Below are positions 41,551 through 51,265 of a DNA stretch of 64,000 bases, in pieces. The translations under genes and the position numbers were made by a program. The stretch is from a virus, in IMG/VR virus record IMGVR_UViG_3300031746_000002, positions 1 to 64,000 of that record; one strand, written 5' to 3'. The notes beneath the pieces were generated by a model that did not search any database, was not told the origin of the DNA, and was given only the letters and a program-made list of their open reading frames with translations. The first letter of the stretch is position 1, and every line of letters begins with the position of its first letter.

Positions 41551-41844
41551 ATGGCAGACAAAAAGGGAATTCAAGGGGAATTAGCAGTACTTAGCGAAAG
41601 TGAATTTAGAGGTAACCAAAACTGTAAAGTAGTCGTTGTAAAGGAATATAAAGGTAAAGCATATTGTCATATCAGAAATTTTTATAAAAATTCTGATAAA
41701 GACGAATGGGGTTTTGGTAAAGGGATTTCTCTTGATGCATTTGAACTTAACTCATTGCTTCAAAGTAAAGCATTGGAAACTGCTTTGGAAAAATTAAATA
41801 AATTTGAGAGAACTTCTAAAAAAGGAAATACTAGTTTAGATTAA
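41551..41844 (+). CDS. PC4/YdbC-family ssDNA-binding protein
   Basis: KEYKGKAYCHIRNFY...GKGISL; SD GGGAGG before ATG 41551. Confidence 0.8.
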   Translation: MADKKGIQGELAVLSESEFRGNQNCKVVVVKEYKGKAYCHIRNFYKNSDKDEWGFGKGISLDAFELNSLLQSKALETALEKLNKFERTSKKGNTSLD

Positions 41845-41856
41845 AAGGAGGAACAG

Positions 41857-42087
41857 ATGAGAGTATGGATATTAATTGATGTTGATGACAATTCACCAGA
41901 TTTTACTCCAGATGTAAAACGCAAAGGCAAGTTAACTATAATTGGGCATTTCCTGCATTCTTTCAAACCAGTAAAGATGGAACCAAAAAAAGCTGTCGTA
42001 ATTAAAAAAGATAAATCAAGAGTTAAGTACAATTTCAATGAACATGCAGAAGCTGAATTCATTGAGAAAGTAGAAGCTAAAGAATAA
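41857..42087 (+). CDS. Hypothetical protein
   Basis: SD AGGAGG. Confidence 0.55.
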   Translation: MRVWILIDVDDNSPDFTPDVKRKGKLTIIGHFLHSFKPVKMEPKKAVVIKKDKSRVKYNFNEHAEAEFIEKVEAKE

Positions 42088-42088
42088 C

Positions 42089-42310
42089 ATGTTTGATGAT
42101 ATTATAAAAACTTGTAAAGAAAAATCATGCAAAGATTGTGAATGGTGTGTTAATGACACTGAGAAAAAAGATAGATGGTGTTTTTGGAGACTTGTCCCAT
42201 GCTGCTCACTTCCTCGCTATTGGACTGAAAAAGATACAAGGCAAGTAATGATAGTTCTTAAGTTTATGAAAGAAGAAAAAATAACAAATATTTTAAAGGA
42301 GGTAACATGA
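42089..42310 (+). CDS. Small Cys-rich hypothetical protein
   Basis: CKDCEWC...C. Confidence 0.5.
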   Translation: MFDDIIKTCKEKSCKDCEWCVNDTEKKDRWCFWRLVPCCSLPRYWTEKDTRQVMIVLKFMKEEKITNILKEVT

Positions 42311-42834
42311 AAAAGGGATTAGTAATTACGCTGTTAGTTTTAATTAGTTTGGTTACAATTTTTTGCTGTACTTACATTTCTTACAGCAATAAAGAAATTC
42401 AGTTAAAGAATTTAGCAGCTGCACAAGAAGAATCGAACAAAGCAATCTTTGACAAAGTATGGAAAATCATTTGCCAAAAAACACAGATTGCAAACAAATA
42501 CAAAGATGATTTTGTAGATGTTTATGAAAAAGTAATGTCTGGAAGGTATCAAGAAAAAAACAGTGTACTTTTCAGTTGGATCCAAGAACATAATCCGCAG
42601 TTAGATGCAAAGGTTTATGTTTCATTGATGGACACAATAGAAGGGCAGAGGGAAAGTTTTACACAAGTACAAGTGAAATTACGAGATATTAAAAGGGAAC
42701 ATGACAACATCAGGACATTATTTCCGGGTTCTTTCTTTGTAGGACGCAGACCAGAACTTAAAGTAACGATAGTAACATCAGACAAAACTGAAGACACATT
42801 CAAATCAGCAAAGGAAAATGACGTAAAGTTATAA
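42307..42834 (+). CDS. Membrane-anchored LemA-like helical protein
   Basis: N-terminal TM; WIQEHNP; REHDN...FPGSFF. Confidence 0.5.
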   Translation: MKKGLVITLLVLISLVTIFCCTYISYSNKEIQLKNLAAAQEESNKAIFDKVWKIICQKTQIANKYKDDFVDVYEKVMSGRYQEKNSVLFSWIQEHNPQLDAKVYVSLMDTIEGQRESFTQVQVKLRDIKREHDNIRTLFPGSFFVGRRPELKVTIVTSDKTEDTFKSAKENDVKL

Positions 42835-42846
42835 GGAGAAATTATC

Positions 42847-43953
42847 ATGTGGATATTTCTATTTTTATTAATTCCAATAATTACTGCTGCTTACTTACTT
42901 TATAAATATCCTAAGAATACAACATGGTGGGAAGCAGCTGTCACGGTAATTATACCAATGGTTGTTGTGATATTGATTAAGTTCTTATCACAACAGTCAT
43001 TGATGTATTCTAACGAATACTGGAATTCATATGCTACTGAGGCAAGGTATTATGAAGACTGGAATGAAGAAGTAATAGAAATTCATTATACATATGATAG
43101 TGATGGAAATATTAGTGGTTCATATACAACTACCAGCATTGATTATCATCCACCATACTGGGAGCTGCATGGTAATTGCGGCGAAACAGCAAATATTCCT
43201 GAGTCAACATTTAATAACTTAAAAACTTTATGGAATAATAATGCTTTTGTAGAACTTCATAGAGGATTTTATGATAATGATGGAGATTTATATACAACGA
43301 AATGGGATAATATAATGTTGCATATAGAAACCATTACTACAATGCATAATTATAAAAACAAAGTTAAATCATCAAGCTCTGTCTTTGGTTATAAAAAGAT
43401 TGATAAAAAAATAACACCAGTTATTGAGTATAATAAAATTAATAATTATAGTTGTGATTTCATTTATAATTATAAGAACATGGGAGATCAGGACTATCTT
43501 CGCAGATGGAATGCTTATTTAGGAGCGAAGAAAAAAGTTGTAATAATGATAATACCATATTATAAAGGAAAGCTTGAAGATGCATTCAATCAAGAAGCAT
43601 ATTGGACAGGTGGAAATAAAAACGAATTCATTGCATGCATTGGTATAAGTTCAAGCACTATTAATTGGGTTCATATAATTTCTTGGACACCTTTAACAGT
43701 ATTGAAAGCGCAAATAGCAAGAGAAATTAAAGAAATGAAAACAGTTAACATGTTTAAGATAGTAGAATATTTAGGAAATACTATTGATAAGACTCCAGGT
43801 TTTGTTCGTAAAGATTTCGAAGAATTTAATTACATTAGTGTTCCTGTACCGCTTTGGGGTTATATTATAGCAGGACTTTTGTCAATCATAGTTTCTTTTG
43901 GTATGGCTATGTGGGTTATAGAGAATGAATTTAATACTGATGGGAGTTATTAA
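42847..43953 (+). CDS. Membrane protein with large extracytoplasmic domain
   Basis: Two N-terminal and one C-terminal TM segments; YWTGGNKNE. Confidence 0.65.
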   Translation: MWIFLFLLIPIITAAYLLYKYPKNTTWWEAAVTVIIPMVVVILIKFLSQQSLMYSNEYWNSYATEARYYEDWNEEVIEIHYTYDSDGNISGSYTTTSIDYHPPYWELHGNCGETANIPESTFNNLKTLWNNNAFVELHRGFYDNDGDLYTTKWDNIMLHIETITTMHNYKNKVKSSSSVFGYKKIDKKITPVIEYNKINNYSCDFIYNYKNMGDQDYLRRWNAYLGAKKKVVIMIIPYYKGKLEDAFNQEAYWTGGNKNEFIACIGISSSTINWVHIISWTPLTVLKAQIAREIKEMKTVNMFKIVEYLGNTIDKTPGFVRKDFEEFNYISVPVPLWGYIIAGLLSIIVSFGMAMWVIENEFNTDGSY

Positions 43954-44606
43954 TGAGAAGTTTAATTATCAGTGATTTACACATGGGAGATGGTACAGGT
44001 ACAGATGATTTTATAGCACAGGATGATAAAGTATTAAATTTTATAGAAAATATTAATCCTGATATATTATATTTAAACGGTGATATTTTTGAATTATGGC
44101 AATGTAGTATGCGTAAGATAAGAAAGTTTCATTATACATTTACTAATTATGTTGAAGGCAAATATTACAAACCAGTGATTTTTCCTCAGATAGTTAAACT
44201 TAAAGGTAATCATGACTATTCATTACTGGGACAAATGAAAGCAGAAATAACTACAAGATCAGGAAAAAAAGTTCTTATTACTCATGGTTTTCAAAATGAT
44301 CCTTTGATGACAAATCCTATTTCAAGATTTTTCACTTGGTGCTTAGGAAGAATAGAAAGACTTATTCCAAATATAGATAATGTTTTTAGTGCATCTAAAA
44401 GAATAAATAATAAAGCTAACGAATATGCGATGCAACAACTTAAAAAATATGATATAGTTATTTTAGGACATACTCATAAAATAGAATGTAAACAATATTT
44501 AGTATTAGGTCGATTTGTTACTTATGCAAACAGTGGCACTTGTACTAATGGAAAAATACAAGGTATTTTATTAGACACTGATACTGATGAAATTAAAATA
44601 GTATAG
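43953..44606 (+). CDS. Calcineurin-like metallophosphoesterase (LpxH-like)
   Basis: SDLH, GDIFE, GNHD, THG, GHTH and NSG motifs. Confidence 0.9.
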   Translation: MRSLIISDLHMGDGTGTDDFIAQDDKVLNFIENINPDILYLNGDIFELWQCSMRKIRKFHYTFTNYVEGKYYKPVIFPQIVKLKGNHDYSLLGQMKAEITTRSGKKVLITHGFQNDPLMTNPISRFFTWCLGRIERLIPNIDNVFSASKRINNKANEYAMQQLKKYDIVILGHTHKIECKQYLVLGRFVTYANSGTCTNGKIQGILLDTDTDEIKIV

Positions 44607-44614
44607 GAGGAACC

Positions 44615-44797
44615 ATGCCAGATGTAACTATGTGCGAATTTAAAGATGAATGTAAAAATTTTCATAGTCAATGCTATGCCCAAAACACTATTAAAAATTG
44701 TAAGATAAGACAACAGAAATTAAAAGATCATATAAGAGTTGGCAAAGTTTTTAATAAAATGCATCATCATATTAAAAACCAAGAGGCTGACGAATGA
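44615..44797 (+). CDS. Small Cys-rich hypothetical protein
   Basis: SD AGGAGG; MPDVTMC...C...C. Confidence 0.5.
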   Translation: MPDVTMCEFKDECKNFHSQCYAQNTIKNCKIRQQKLKDHIRVGKVFNKMHHHIKNQEADE

Positions 44798-45153
44798 AAA
44801 TATATTACGCTCATAGCAAAGCAATTTATGGTACGCAAAGAGAAAAAGAAGAGTTATGTTTTTTAAAACTTGTATTTGATGTTGTTGACCCTAATAATGA
44901 TATGGGTGAAAGAGGTAATATAAAATATTATCTTGAAGCTATAAATAAATGTGATTTAGTAATTTGTTCTGAATATCAAGACTTTATAGGTAAAGGTGTT
45001 TTTCAAGAAATAGATTGGGCTATAAAAAATAATAAACCAGTTCTATGTATGCGTCCACATGATAAAACATTTCTATTATCTTTAGTTAAAGATACGAAAA
45101 TTCATGATGTTACAGACTGGCATGTTAAGTATGGAAAACTTACTGTTTATTAA
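44794..45153 (+). CDS. Nucleoside 2-deoxyribosyltransferase / nucleotide N-glycosidase-like protein
   Basis: KIYYAH, AINKCDLVI and GKGVFQEIDWA...KPV motifs. Confidence 0.65.
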   Translation: MKIYYAHSKAIYGTQREKEELCFLKLVFDVVDPNNDMGERGNIKYYLEAINKCDLVICSEYQDFIGKGVFQEIDWAIKNNKPVLCMRPHDKTFLLSLVKDTKIHDVTDWHVKYGKLTVY

Positions 45154-45173
45154 TAACAAAATGAAAATAAATA

Positions 45174-45212
45174 AATTATTTTGTTTACGCAATTATTCTA
45201 ATATGGTATATT
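45174..45212 (+). promoter_or_regulatory. Early sigma70-type promoter P3
   Basis: AATTATT.TG-TTTACG(45184)-17 bp-TATATT(45207) with an extended -10 TG. Confidence 0.7.
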
Positions 45213-45426
45213 ATTATTAAGGATAAAACGAATAAGAGAAGTAGATGCTGAGCAAAGGAAAACGGAATGAGTAAAGGAAAACGGAACATAATTCAAACCT
45301 ATAAGTCAATCTTGCCAGTTCATAACTTTGCTGGTATTCCAACTGCCTATCCAATACAACTTATTATAAATATTTTTTCAACCTATGATGTTAACATCGT
45401 AGGTAATTCAAGGAGGAAAACGGAAA

Positions 45427-45759
45427 ATGAAAAACGGAAAAGCTGTCGGCAGGTTATCGCTGAAATTGAAAAGAAGATTGACCAAAGAACTTATTTTAAA
45501 AGGAGTAAACAAAGAAGTAATTGAAACCGCAATTAAATCTGCAGAAATGGCAACAGAAAAAAAGTACCCAAAACTCACCCGTCAAAACATCAAACAAGCC
45601 AATCAATTGTTAGCTGAAGAAGGTACAGTAATTCTTAAACTCAGTGCAAAAGGTAAAATCTATTTTATCAACCATACAAGAGTAAAGGTTCATGATAAAA
45701 GAATAGATTATCTTCGCTCTGATGAAATGCGTAAAAACAAAGCAAATAAACACCAATGA
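45427..45759 (+). CDS. Hypothetical basic protein
   Basis: SD AAGGAGG. Confidence 0.6.
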   Translation: MKNGKAVGRLSLKLKRRLTKELILKGVNKEVIETAIKSAEMATEKKYPKLTRQNIKQANQLLAEEGTVILKLSAKGKIYFINHTRVKVHDKRIDYLRSDEMRKNKANKHQ

Positions 45760-45817
45760 TTTTGGGAACTAAAGTGGTGAAGTACTGACGAGCACAAATT
45801 TAAGGAGGAAACAATTA

Positions 45818-46447
45818 ATGCTTAAAAGTCTTTGGGACAGGGTTAGAAACAATGAGGCTACAGAAGAAGAACGAAATGCATTTGCTAGCGAAATTAAAAT
45901 TATTGTTAAAGCGCGTAAATCAAAAATCAATAAAGAAGTCGCTAGAAGTACCATGAGAGAGTATGATGATTTATTAAATGAAGTTTGTAATCATACTTAT
46001 ATGTGCGTCATAAAGTACAAATATAACTCTAAGATTACAACAGTTGTTTATAAACTAGTAGACCAATACACTATTTATCTATACAGGAAAACAAGACGTA
46101 ACAAAGTTATTCCTCCTGAGTTAATAGATACTTTTACATCATCTCAACGTCCTGAAAATTTACGATATTTTAGAAACGATCCCAATAATGAAAATTTAAG
46201 CTTTGATGAAGTATTAGCAAATAAAAAAGATTGTGTTGAAAATGATTTAATATACGATAATTACATAGAAAAAATAAAAGGGGTTTTAATAAAAAATCAT
46301 GACACTGTTTCATTAAAAATACTTGAAGGAAAATTAAAAGGATATACTGATGCAAAGATAGCTAAGACATTAGGAGTAAGTACACCCAAAGTAAATTGTA
46401 TTAAACGGGAAAATCTTATGGAGGCTGTTTCACAAGTATTATGCTAA
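45818..46447 (+). CDS. Phage RNA polymerase sigma factor-like protein
   Basis: Region-2-like YDDLLNE...IKYKY and C-terminal HTH GYTDAKIAKTLGVS. Confidence 0.65.
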   Translation: MLKSLWDRVRNNEATEEERNAFASEIKIIVKARKSKINKEVARSTMREYDDLLNEVCNHTYMCVIKYKYNSKITTVVYKLVDQYTIYLYRKTRRNKVIPPELIDTFTSSQRPENLRYFRNDPNNENLSFDEVLANKKDCVENDLIYDNYIEKIKGVLIKNHDTVSLKILEGKLKGYTDAKIAKTLGVSTPKVNCIKRENLMEAVSQVLC

Positions 46448-47853
46448 ACCTTTATATTAATAATCTGATAAGATTTGATAGTACATCTATTTCATCGCAA
46501 CTATATGAAATATTGAAGCAGAGGTTTACCTATTCAAATCCAGAATATTATAAACAAAAAGCAATGGGATTTTATGTGGGACATACTCCACAAAAATTAT
46601 ATACACATTTCATTGACCGTAATATCATTGCTTTTTCTAGAGGTACTATTAGTGAATTACGAAAAATACTTGATGGGAATGGCGTTCAATGTAAAATATA
46701 TGATGAACGAAAAGAAGGACATAAAATATCATATAGGTTTGAACGTAACATAAACCTTTATCCTTTTCAAACACAAGCAATAAATGATTTATCAGCTAAA
46801 ACACAAGGTATATTAATAGCACCTCCAGGAGCTGGTAAAACAATAATGGCTATGGGTGTAATTAATAAACTTAAAAAATCTACTTTAATCATTGTTCATA
46901 CTTCAGAATTGTTAAGACAATGGAAAGAGCAGATACAAGAAAAAACAAATCAAAAGACAATAGGACAAATCGGTGCTGGTAAATATCAATTGGAAAATAT
47001 AACTATAGGAATGTTACAAACATTGACTAAAGTTAATAAAACAAAAATGAAAGAAATAAATAACTTTTTTGGTATAGTTATAACAGATGAATGCCATCAT
47101 ACTCCGGCAAATACACTGTTCTATTTTTTAAATTCTTCTGAAGCTAAATATCGTTATGGTTTAACAGCAACACCAAAAAGAAAAGATGGTAAAGAATTTT
47201 TGTTGAAAGATACAATAAGCCATCATAGCATTGAAATTACTAATAGTGACTTAGAGCAGCATGATCAGTATGTTGCTGGAGATGCAGAATTTATTTTTGA
47301 TAGTAATTTTATGTATGATATTGCAATGGATGATGAAGTTAAAGCAGACTGGAATATGGTCATTGATGCAATGATAAGTAATGAAGGCAGAAATCTTACA
47401 ATTGTTAATGAAATAATAAAGGATATAGATGCTGGCAGATTAATTTTAGTTCTAACTACACGTGTAGAACATTGTCAAAATCTGCAAGCAATGTTAGAGG
47501 AACGGGGATATAAATGTGAAGCAGTTTATGGTGACCCAGAAAAGCATCATAGAGAAGCTGCTCTACGAAGAATAAAAGAAGGTCAAAGCAGAGTAATGGT
47601 AGCTACAGAAAATTTAGCAGCAGAAGGACTTGATATTCCAGAATTAGATACATTACATCTTGTTATACCAACTACTAATAAATATAAATTAAAACAAATG
47701 ACTGGTAGGATTAGACGTAAGTACGATAAGAAACAATTACCTTTAGTTAAGGATTATGCTGATATAAAAATAGGTGAATTAAAAGGTGCAGCTAAGAAGC
47801 GATTAAAGATATATAAGGATTTAGGATTACACATACGAAATATTTTCTTATAA
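46441..47853 (+). CDS. SF2 DEAD/DEAH-box helicase (UvsW/Rad25-like)
   Basis: APPGAGKT, DECHH, GLTATP, EGLDIP and QMTGRIRR motifs. Confidence 0.92.
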   Translation: MLNLYINNLIRFDSTSISSQLYEILKQRFTYSNPEYYKQKAMGFYVGHTPQKLYTHFIDRNIIAFSRGTISELRKILDGNGVQCKIYDERKEGHKISYRFERNINLYPFQTQAINDLSAKTQGILIAPPGAGKTIMAMGVINKLKKSTLIIVHTSELLRQWKEQIQEKTNQKTIGQIGAGKYQLENITIGMLQTLTKVNKTKMKEINNFFGIVITDECHHTPANTLFYFLNSSEAKYRYGLTATPKRKDGKEFLLKDTISHHSIEITNSDLEQHDQYVAGDAEFIFDSNFMYDIAMDDEVKADWNMVIDAMISNEGRNLTIVNEIIKDIDAGRLILVLTTRVEHCQNLQAMLEERGYKCEAVYGDPEKHHREAALRRIKEGQSRVMVATENLAAEGLDIPELDTLHLVIPTTNKYKLKQMTGRIRRKYDKKQLPLVKDYADIKIGELKGAAKKRLKIYKDLGLHIRNIFL

Positions 47854-47898
47854 AAGGCTTATAAATATAATACAGATAAAAAACAAAAGGAGGCGTAG

Positions 47899-48207
47899 AT
47901 GAAAACAATCCGTAAAGCAATTGAAAACAAGTGGACAACAATCACACTTGAAAAAGAAGAGGAACAGAAATTAATTGCAAGAACGATAAAGAAAAATGCT
48001 AATCGTCTTGCAAAGGTTACAAGCTTTGTTAATGAAAAAGACAAAGACATTAAAGAAGTAATTGATGGTATCGAACTTGACAAGGCAAAAGTAATTGAGC
48101 TAATCTTCTTACAAATAGCTGAACCGTTAGAAGATGTTGTCAGCGATTATGTTGAGGAACAAATTGAAAATGGAAAAATCAAACCCAGTAAAAAAGACAT
48201 TGAATGA
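47899..48207 (+). CDS. Hypothetical protein
   Basis: SD AAGGAGG; preceded by the GCTTATAAATA motif. Confidence 0.6.
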   Translation: MKTIRKAIENKWTTITLEKEEEQKLIARTIKKNANRLAKVTSFVNEKDKDIKEVIDGIELDKAKVIELIFLQIAEPLEDVVSDYVEEQIENGKIKPSKKDIE

Positions 48208-48904
48208 AGCTGAAGCAGATTTAGCTAAAGACTTAGCCAGACGATTAATCCGAAAAAAGAAGTTAACAAAAATAATAACAAAATTGGATAATCGTTATCG
48301 TGGCAAAAGTAAACCTGCTGATGTTTTGGAATACTACAAAACAATTCAGAATAACAAACGTATCAATAATGCATTGATAGTTGAAAGAAGGGAGCAGTTA
48401 AATATGAAACAATCAGTTAAAGAAGAGACAAAAGTTAAAACTGCCCCTGATGAACAGCAGCCTATAAAACCAAATGGTTCTGAAGCAAAAGAATTATTAA
48501 GTTATGCATTGAAATCATTCAAAAAGAAATTTGGTGCAAATGCAATGTATACTAATAATGAATTTGCAATATCAATGAGTACTTTAAAAAACATGTTGAA
48601 ACTATACGATGCAAACCAGATTAAAGAATTCATTGAAGAATATTATAATTTAGATGATGCATTTTTACAAAGTGCTGGTTATAAGTTAAGATTTCTGCCA
48701 TCTAAAATAAATACTATCATTGCAACACGAAGTAAATTTAAAACTAAACATCAAGACTTTACAAAAAAAGATTATGGAAAAAGTTTATCTAATAGCCAGC
48801 TTCATGAATATATAGCAATGAAAAAGAGCGGTGAATGTACAGGTAAAGAACCCTGGGCTAAAGAATATGAAAAAGAAATACATGATAGGGAATTAGATGG
48901 ATAA
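48134..48904 (+). CDS. Hypothetical protein, possible replication initiator (start uncertain)
   Basis: Immediately upstream of the loader and DnaB. Confidence 0.45.
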   Translation: MLSAIMLRNKLKMEKSNPVKKTLNEAEADLAKDLARRLIRKKKLTKIITKLDNRYRGKSKPADVLEYYKTIQNNKRINNALIVERREQLNMKQSVKEETKVKTAPDEQQPIKPNGSEAKELLSYALKSFKKKFGANAMYTNNEFAISMSTLKNMLKLYDANQIKEFIEEYYNLDDAFLQSAGYKLRFLPSKINTIIATRSKFKTKHQDFTKKDYGKSLSNSQLHEYIAMKKSGECTGKEPWAKEYEKEIHDRELDG

Positions 48905-49637
48905 TCTACAAGAAAAACGATTAGGTAAAATAAAATTTAATCTTTTAAAGAACTGTACCATTTGTAAAGGTACTGGTATTACAAAAGATGAACATACATG
49001 TATATGTTTACTTAACTATGAAAAATATGTGCATTATGATTTTGCTGGTATTGAAAAAGAATACTGGGAATTAACATTGGAAAAAGATTGGATAGGAGAT
49101 AAGGTAGCAAAAAAATATACACAACTTTATATAAAGCATTTGGTTAAAGCTTATGAGAATGGTTTAGGTATTATTTATCTTGGTAAAAATGGTGTTGGTA
49201 AAACAATGTTATCTAATGTTGTATTGAAAGAAGCATCAGACAAAAATTATAGTGTTAGAAATATTACTTTGGAAGAGTTATTAAAATTAATCAAAACTTC
49301 ATTTGAGTCTTCAGATGCAAAAGATGAATATGAAAAAATAAAACAAATGGATTTTATTTGCCTTGACAATGTAGGGTTAGAATATAAACCAAAAGACTTT
49401 GGAGTTTTTACTGTAGCTGAGATGGACGTATTAATAAGGTATAGACGACGTAATCTTTTACCAATTATTATAACTTCAAATTTAACAAGTAAAGAAGAAT
49501 TCATGGAAAATTATGGTTCATCTATTTTAAGTCTATTAATTTCTGCTTCAAAATTTATTATTGTTCAAGGCGAAGATTACAGATTAAAACAAGGTGAAGA
49601 CTGGGAAAATAAATTAAAAGGAATAAGCGGTGAATGA
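48897..49637 (+). CDS. DnaC/IstB-like AAA+ helicase loader
   Basis: CTIC...CIC Zn motif, GKNGVGKT, ICLDNVG, IITSN, GEDYR. Confidence 0.85.
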   Translation: MDNLQEKRLGKIKFNLLKNCTICKGTGITKDEHTCICLLNYEKYVHYDFAGIEKEYWELTLEKDWIGDKVAKKYTQLYIKHLVKAYENGLGIIYLGKNGVGKTMLSNVVLKEASDKNYSVRNITLEELLKLIKTSFESSDAKDEYEKIKQMDFICLDNVGLEYKPKDFGVFTVAEMDVLIRYRRRNLLPIIITSNLTSKEEFMENYGSSILSLLISASKFIIVQGEDYRLKQGEDWENKLKGISGE

Positions 49638-51057
49638 AATAACTATCCAACGAAAATTACTTAAATTAATGCTTCTTAGTAAAGAAGTTACTTCAGAAGC
49701 AAGTAAACGTTTAGCTTCAAAAATGTTTACATCAGAATATGCTAAATGGTTTTATGAAAAGACAACAGAATATTTTATTAGATTTGGATCATTGCCTACA
49801 CTTAAAATTTTAATGGATATTTTAAAGAGGCATACTAACAATGAAAAAATAGTTGAAGAACATAGATTATTTTTAAAACAAATTAAAGTTGAAGAAGTAA
49901 AAGCAAAAGAAGCAAATTATTATATTGAAACTATTAATGAGACATATACTAAGTTAGAAGCTTATAATATTCTACAAAGTGCTGTAGTTGATATGGAAAA
50001 ACCTGGTTCTAATATATTTACTGGAATTGAAAACTTACAATTGAAGTTAGGACAGTTAAGTTATGCTACATCACCAACACCAGTTCAAAGAATAGAAGTA
50101 GTTAGTGGATTATTGGAAAGACTTAAACTATATGAGGATTTTAGGTATGATGCAGAAGGAGTAACAACGGGTTTAACAGAGCTTGATAATCATATAGGTG
50201 GATTTCATAAGGGAGAGCTTGTAATCATCATTGGGGGGACGGGTGAAGGTAAATCCATAATCCTATTGAATTGTGCGACTGCTGCGTATCTAGACGCACA
50301 CAGTGTTATCTATATAACAATGGAAATGAGTGAAAATGATGTACTTATACGATATCATTCAAGAATATCAGGTTTGAACCATAATAAAATAAGGAAACAT
50401 AAACTTGACCCATTTGAAGAACGGGAACTTTATTCTAAAATTATTACTAATACTTTAAAAAAACCAGACAGAGAAAAATTTAAAAAATGGTTTGCTAGTC
50501 AATCATTGAAAAAAATAACTGTAGATGAACTATATGCAGCAGTAGCCAAAAATTTTAAATTTAAAGACAGTAGGCTTTATTTCTTAGATTTAATGAAAGA
50601 TTGCACTATTGAAAAAATAGAAATTGAAATTAAACAACTTATGAGAGGTCATACTTATGATGCAATTTATTTAGACCATCTTAACACAATAGAAACATCA
50701 CATAAATCAAATAATTGGGTTAGGGATATAGGTATCATAGCACGTAGATTAAAGAACCTTGCTAAAGAACTTAATGTACCTATAATAATTCCTTGTCAAA
50801 TGGTTTCAAAAAAAGAAGGTGAAGAAATAACAGCTGAAGATACAAAGTATGCAAAAGCTGTTGCAGAAAATGCTGATTGGGTTATAGGATTTAAACAATC
50901 TGAAGAAGATAAGATGACAGGTATAATTAAACTTGAATTAGCAAAGCATAGACATGCAGAAAAGATTATAATAAAAGCTAGAGAGAATTTTAATAAGATG
51001 CGAATCAGTGATTTTGAGGATAAAAATGGCATCACTATTAAAAAAGACAACATGTGA
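49630..51057 (+). CDS. dnaB: DnaB-like replicative helicase
   Basis: TGLTELD, GGTGEGKS, TMEM, YLDHL, LKNLAKEL, ADWVI and KHRH motifs. Confidence 0.9.
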   Translation: MNEITIQRKLLKLMLLSKEVTSEASKRLASKMFTSEYAKWFYEKTTEYFIRFGSLPTLKILMDILKRHTNNEKIVEEHRLFLKQIKVEEVKAKEANYYIETINETYTKLEAYNILQSAVVDMEKPGSNIFTGIENLQLKLGQLSYATSPTPVQRIEVVSGLLERLKLYEDFRYDAEGVTTGLTELDNHIGGFHKGELVIIIGGTGEGKSIILLNCATAAYLDAHSVIYITMEMSENDVLIRYHSRISGLNHNKIRKHKLDPFEERELYSKIITNTLKKPDREKFKKWFASQSLKKITVDELYAAVAKNFKFKDSRLYFLDLMKDCTIEKIEIEIKQLMRGHTYDAIYLDHLNTIETSHKSNNWVRDIGIIARRLKNLAKELNVPIIIPCQMVSKKEGEEITAEDTKYAKAVAENADWVIGFKQSEEDKMTGIIKLELAKHRHAEKIIIKARENFNKMRISDFEDKNGITIKKDNM

Positions 51058-51265
51058 TATTGGCGAAGAAGATGAAGAAGTTTGTTTAGAACATAAAACT
51101 TCTAATCTAAGCGGATCAAAAATGCCTTGGCACAGAGATGGAAAATTATTTTGTGAAGGTTGTGGAAAAGGAGTTAGTTCAGTTTCAGTAGTTATTGAGG
51201 GGGCATTTTGCGATACTTGTATTATAGGTGTAATGAATAAAAGGATTATAAAGAATAAAAAATGA
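51026..51265 (+). CDS. Small Zn-finger protein
   Basis: CEGC...CDTC; SD GAGGA before ATG 51026. Confidence 0.5.
   Translation: MASLLKKTTCDIGEEDEEVCLEHKTSNLSGSKMPWHRDGKLFCEGCGKGVSSVSVVIEGAFCDTCIIGVMNKRIIKNKK

Noticed and set aside
45267-45524. 85-aa ORF after P3
   Set aside because: It overlaps the SD-bearing ORF 45427 by ~100 bp and spans repeats and palindromes; it is more likely a leader, though not excluded.
45785-45812. CTGACGAG...GAAAC upstream of the sigma gene as a hammerhead
   Set aside because: I could not build stems I-III around the core.
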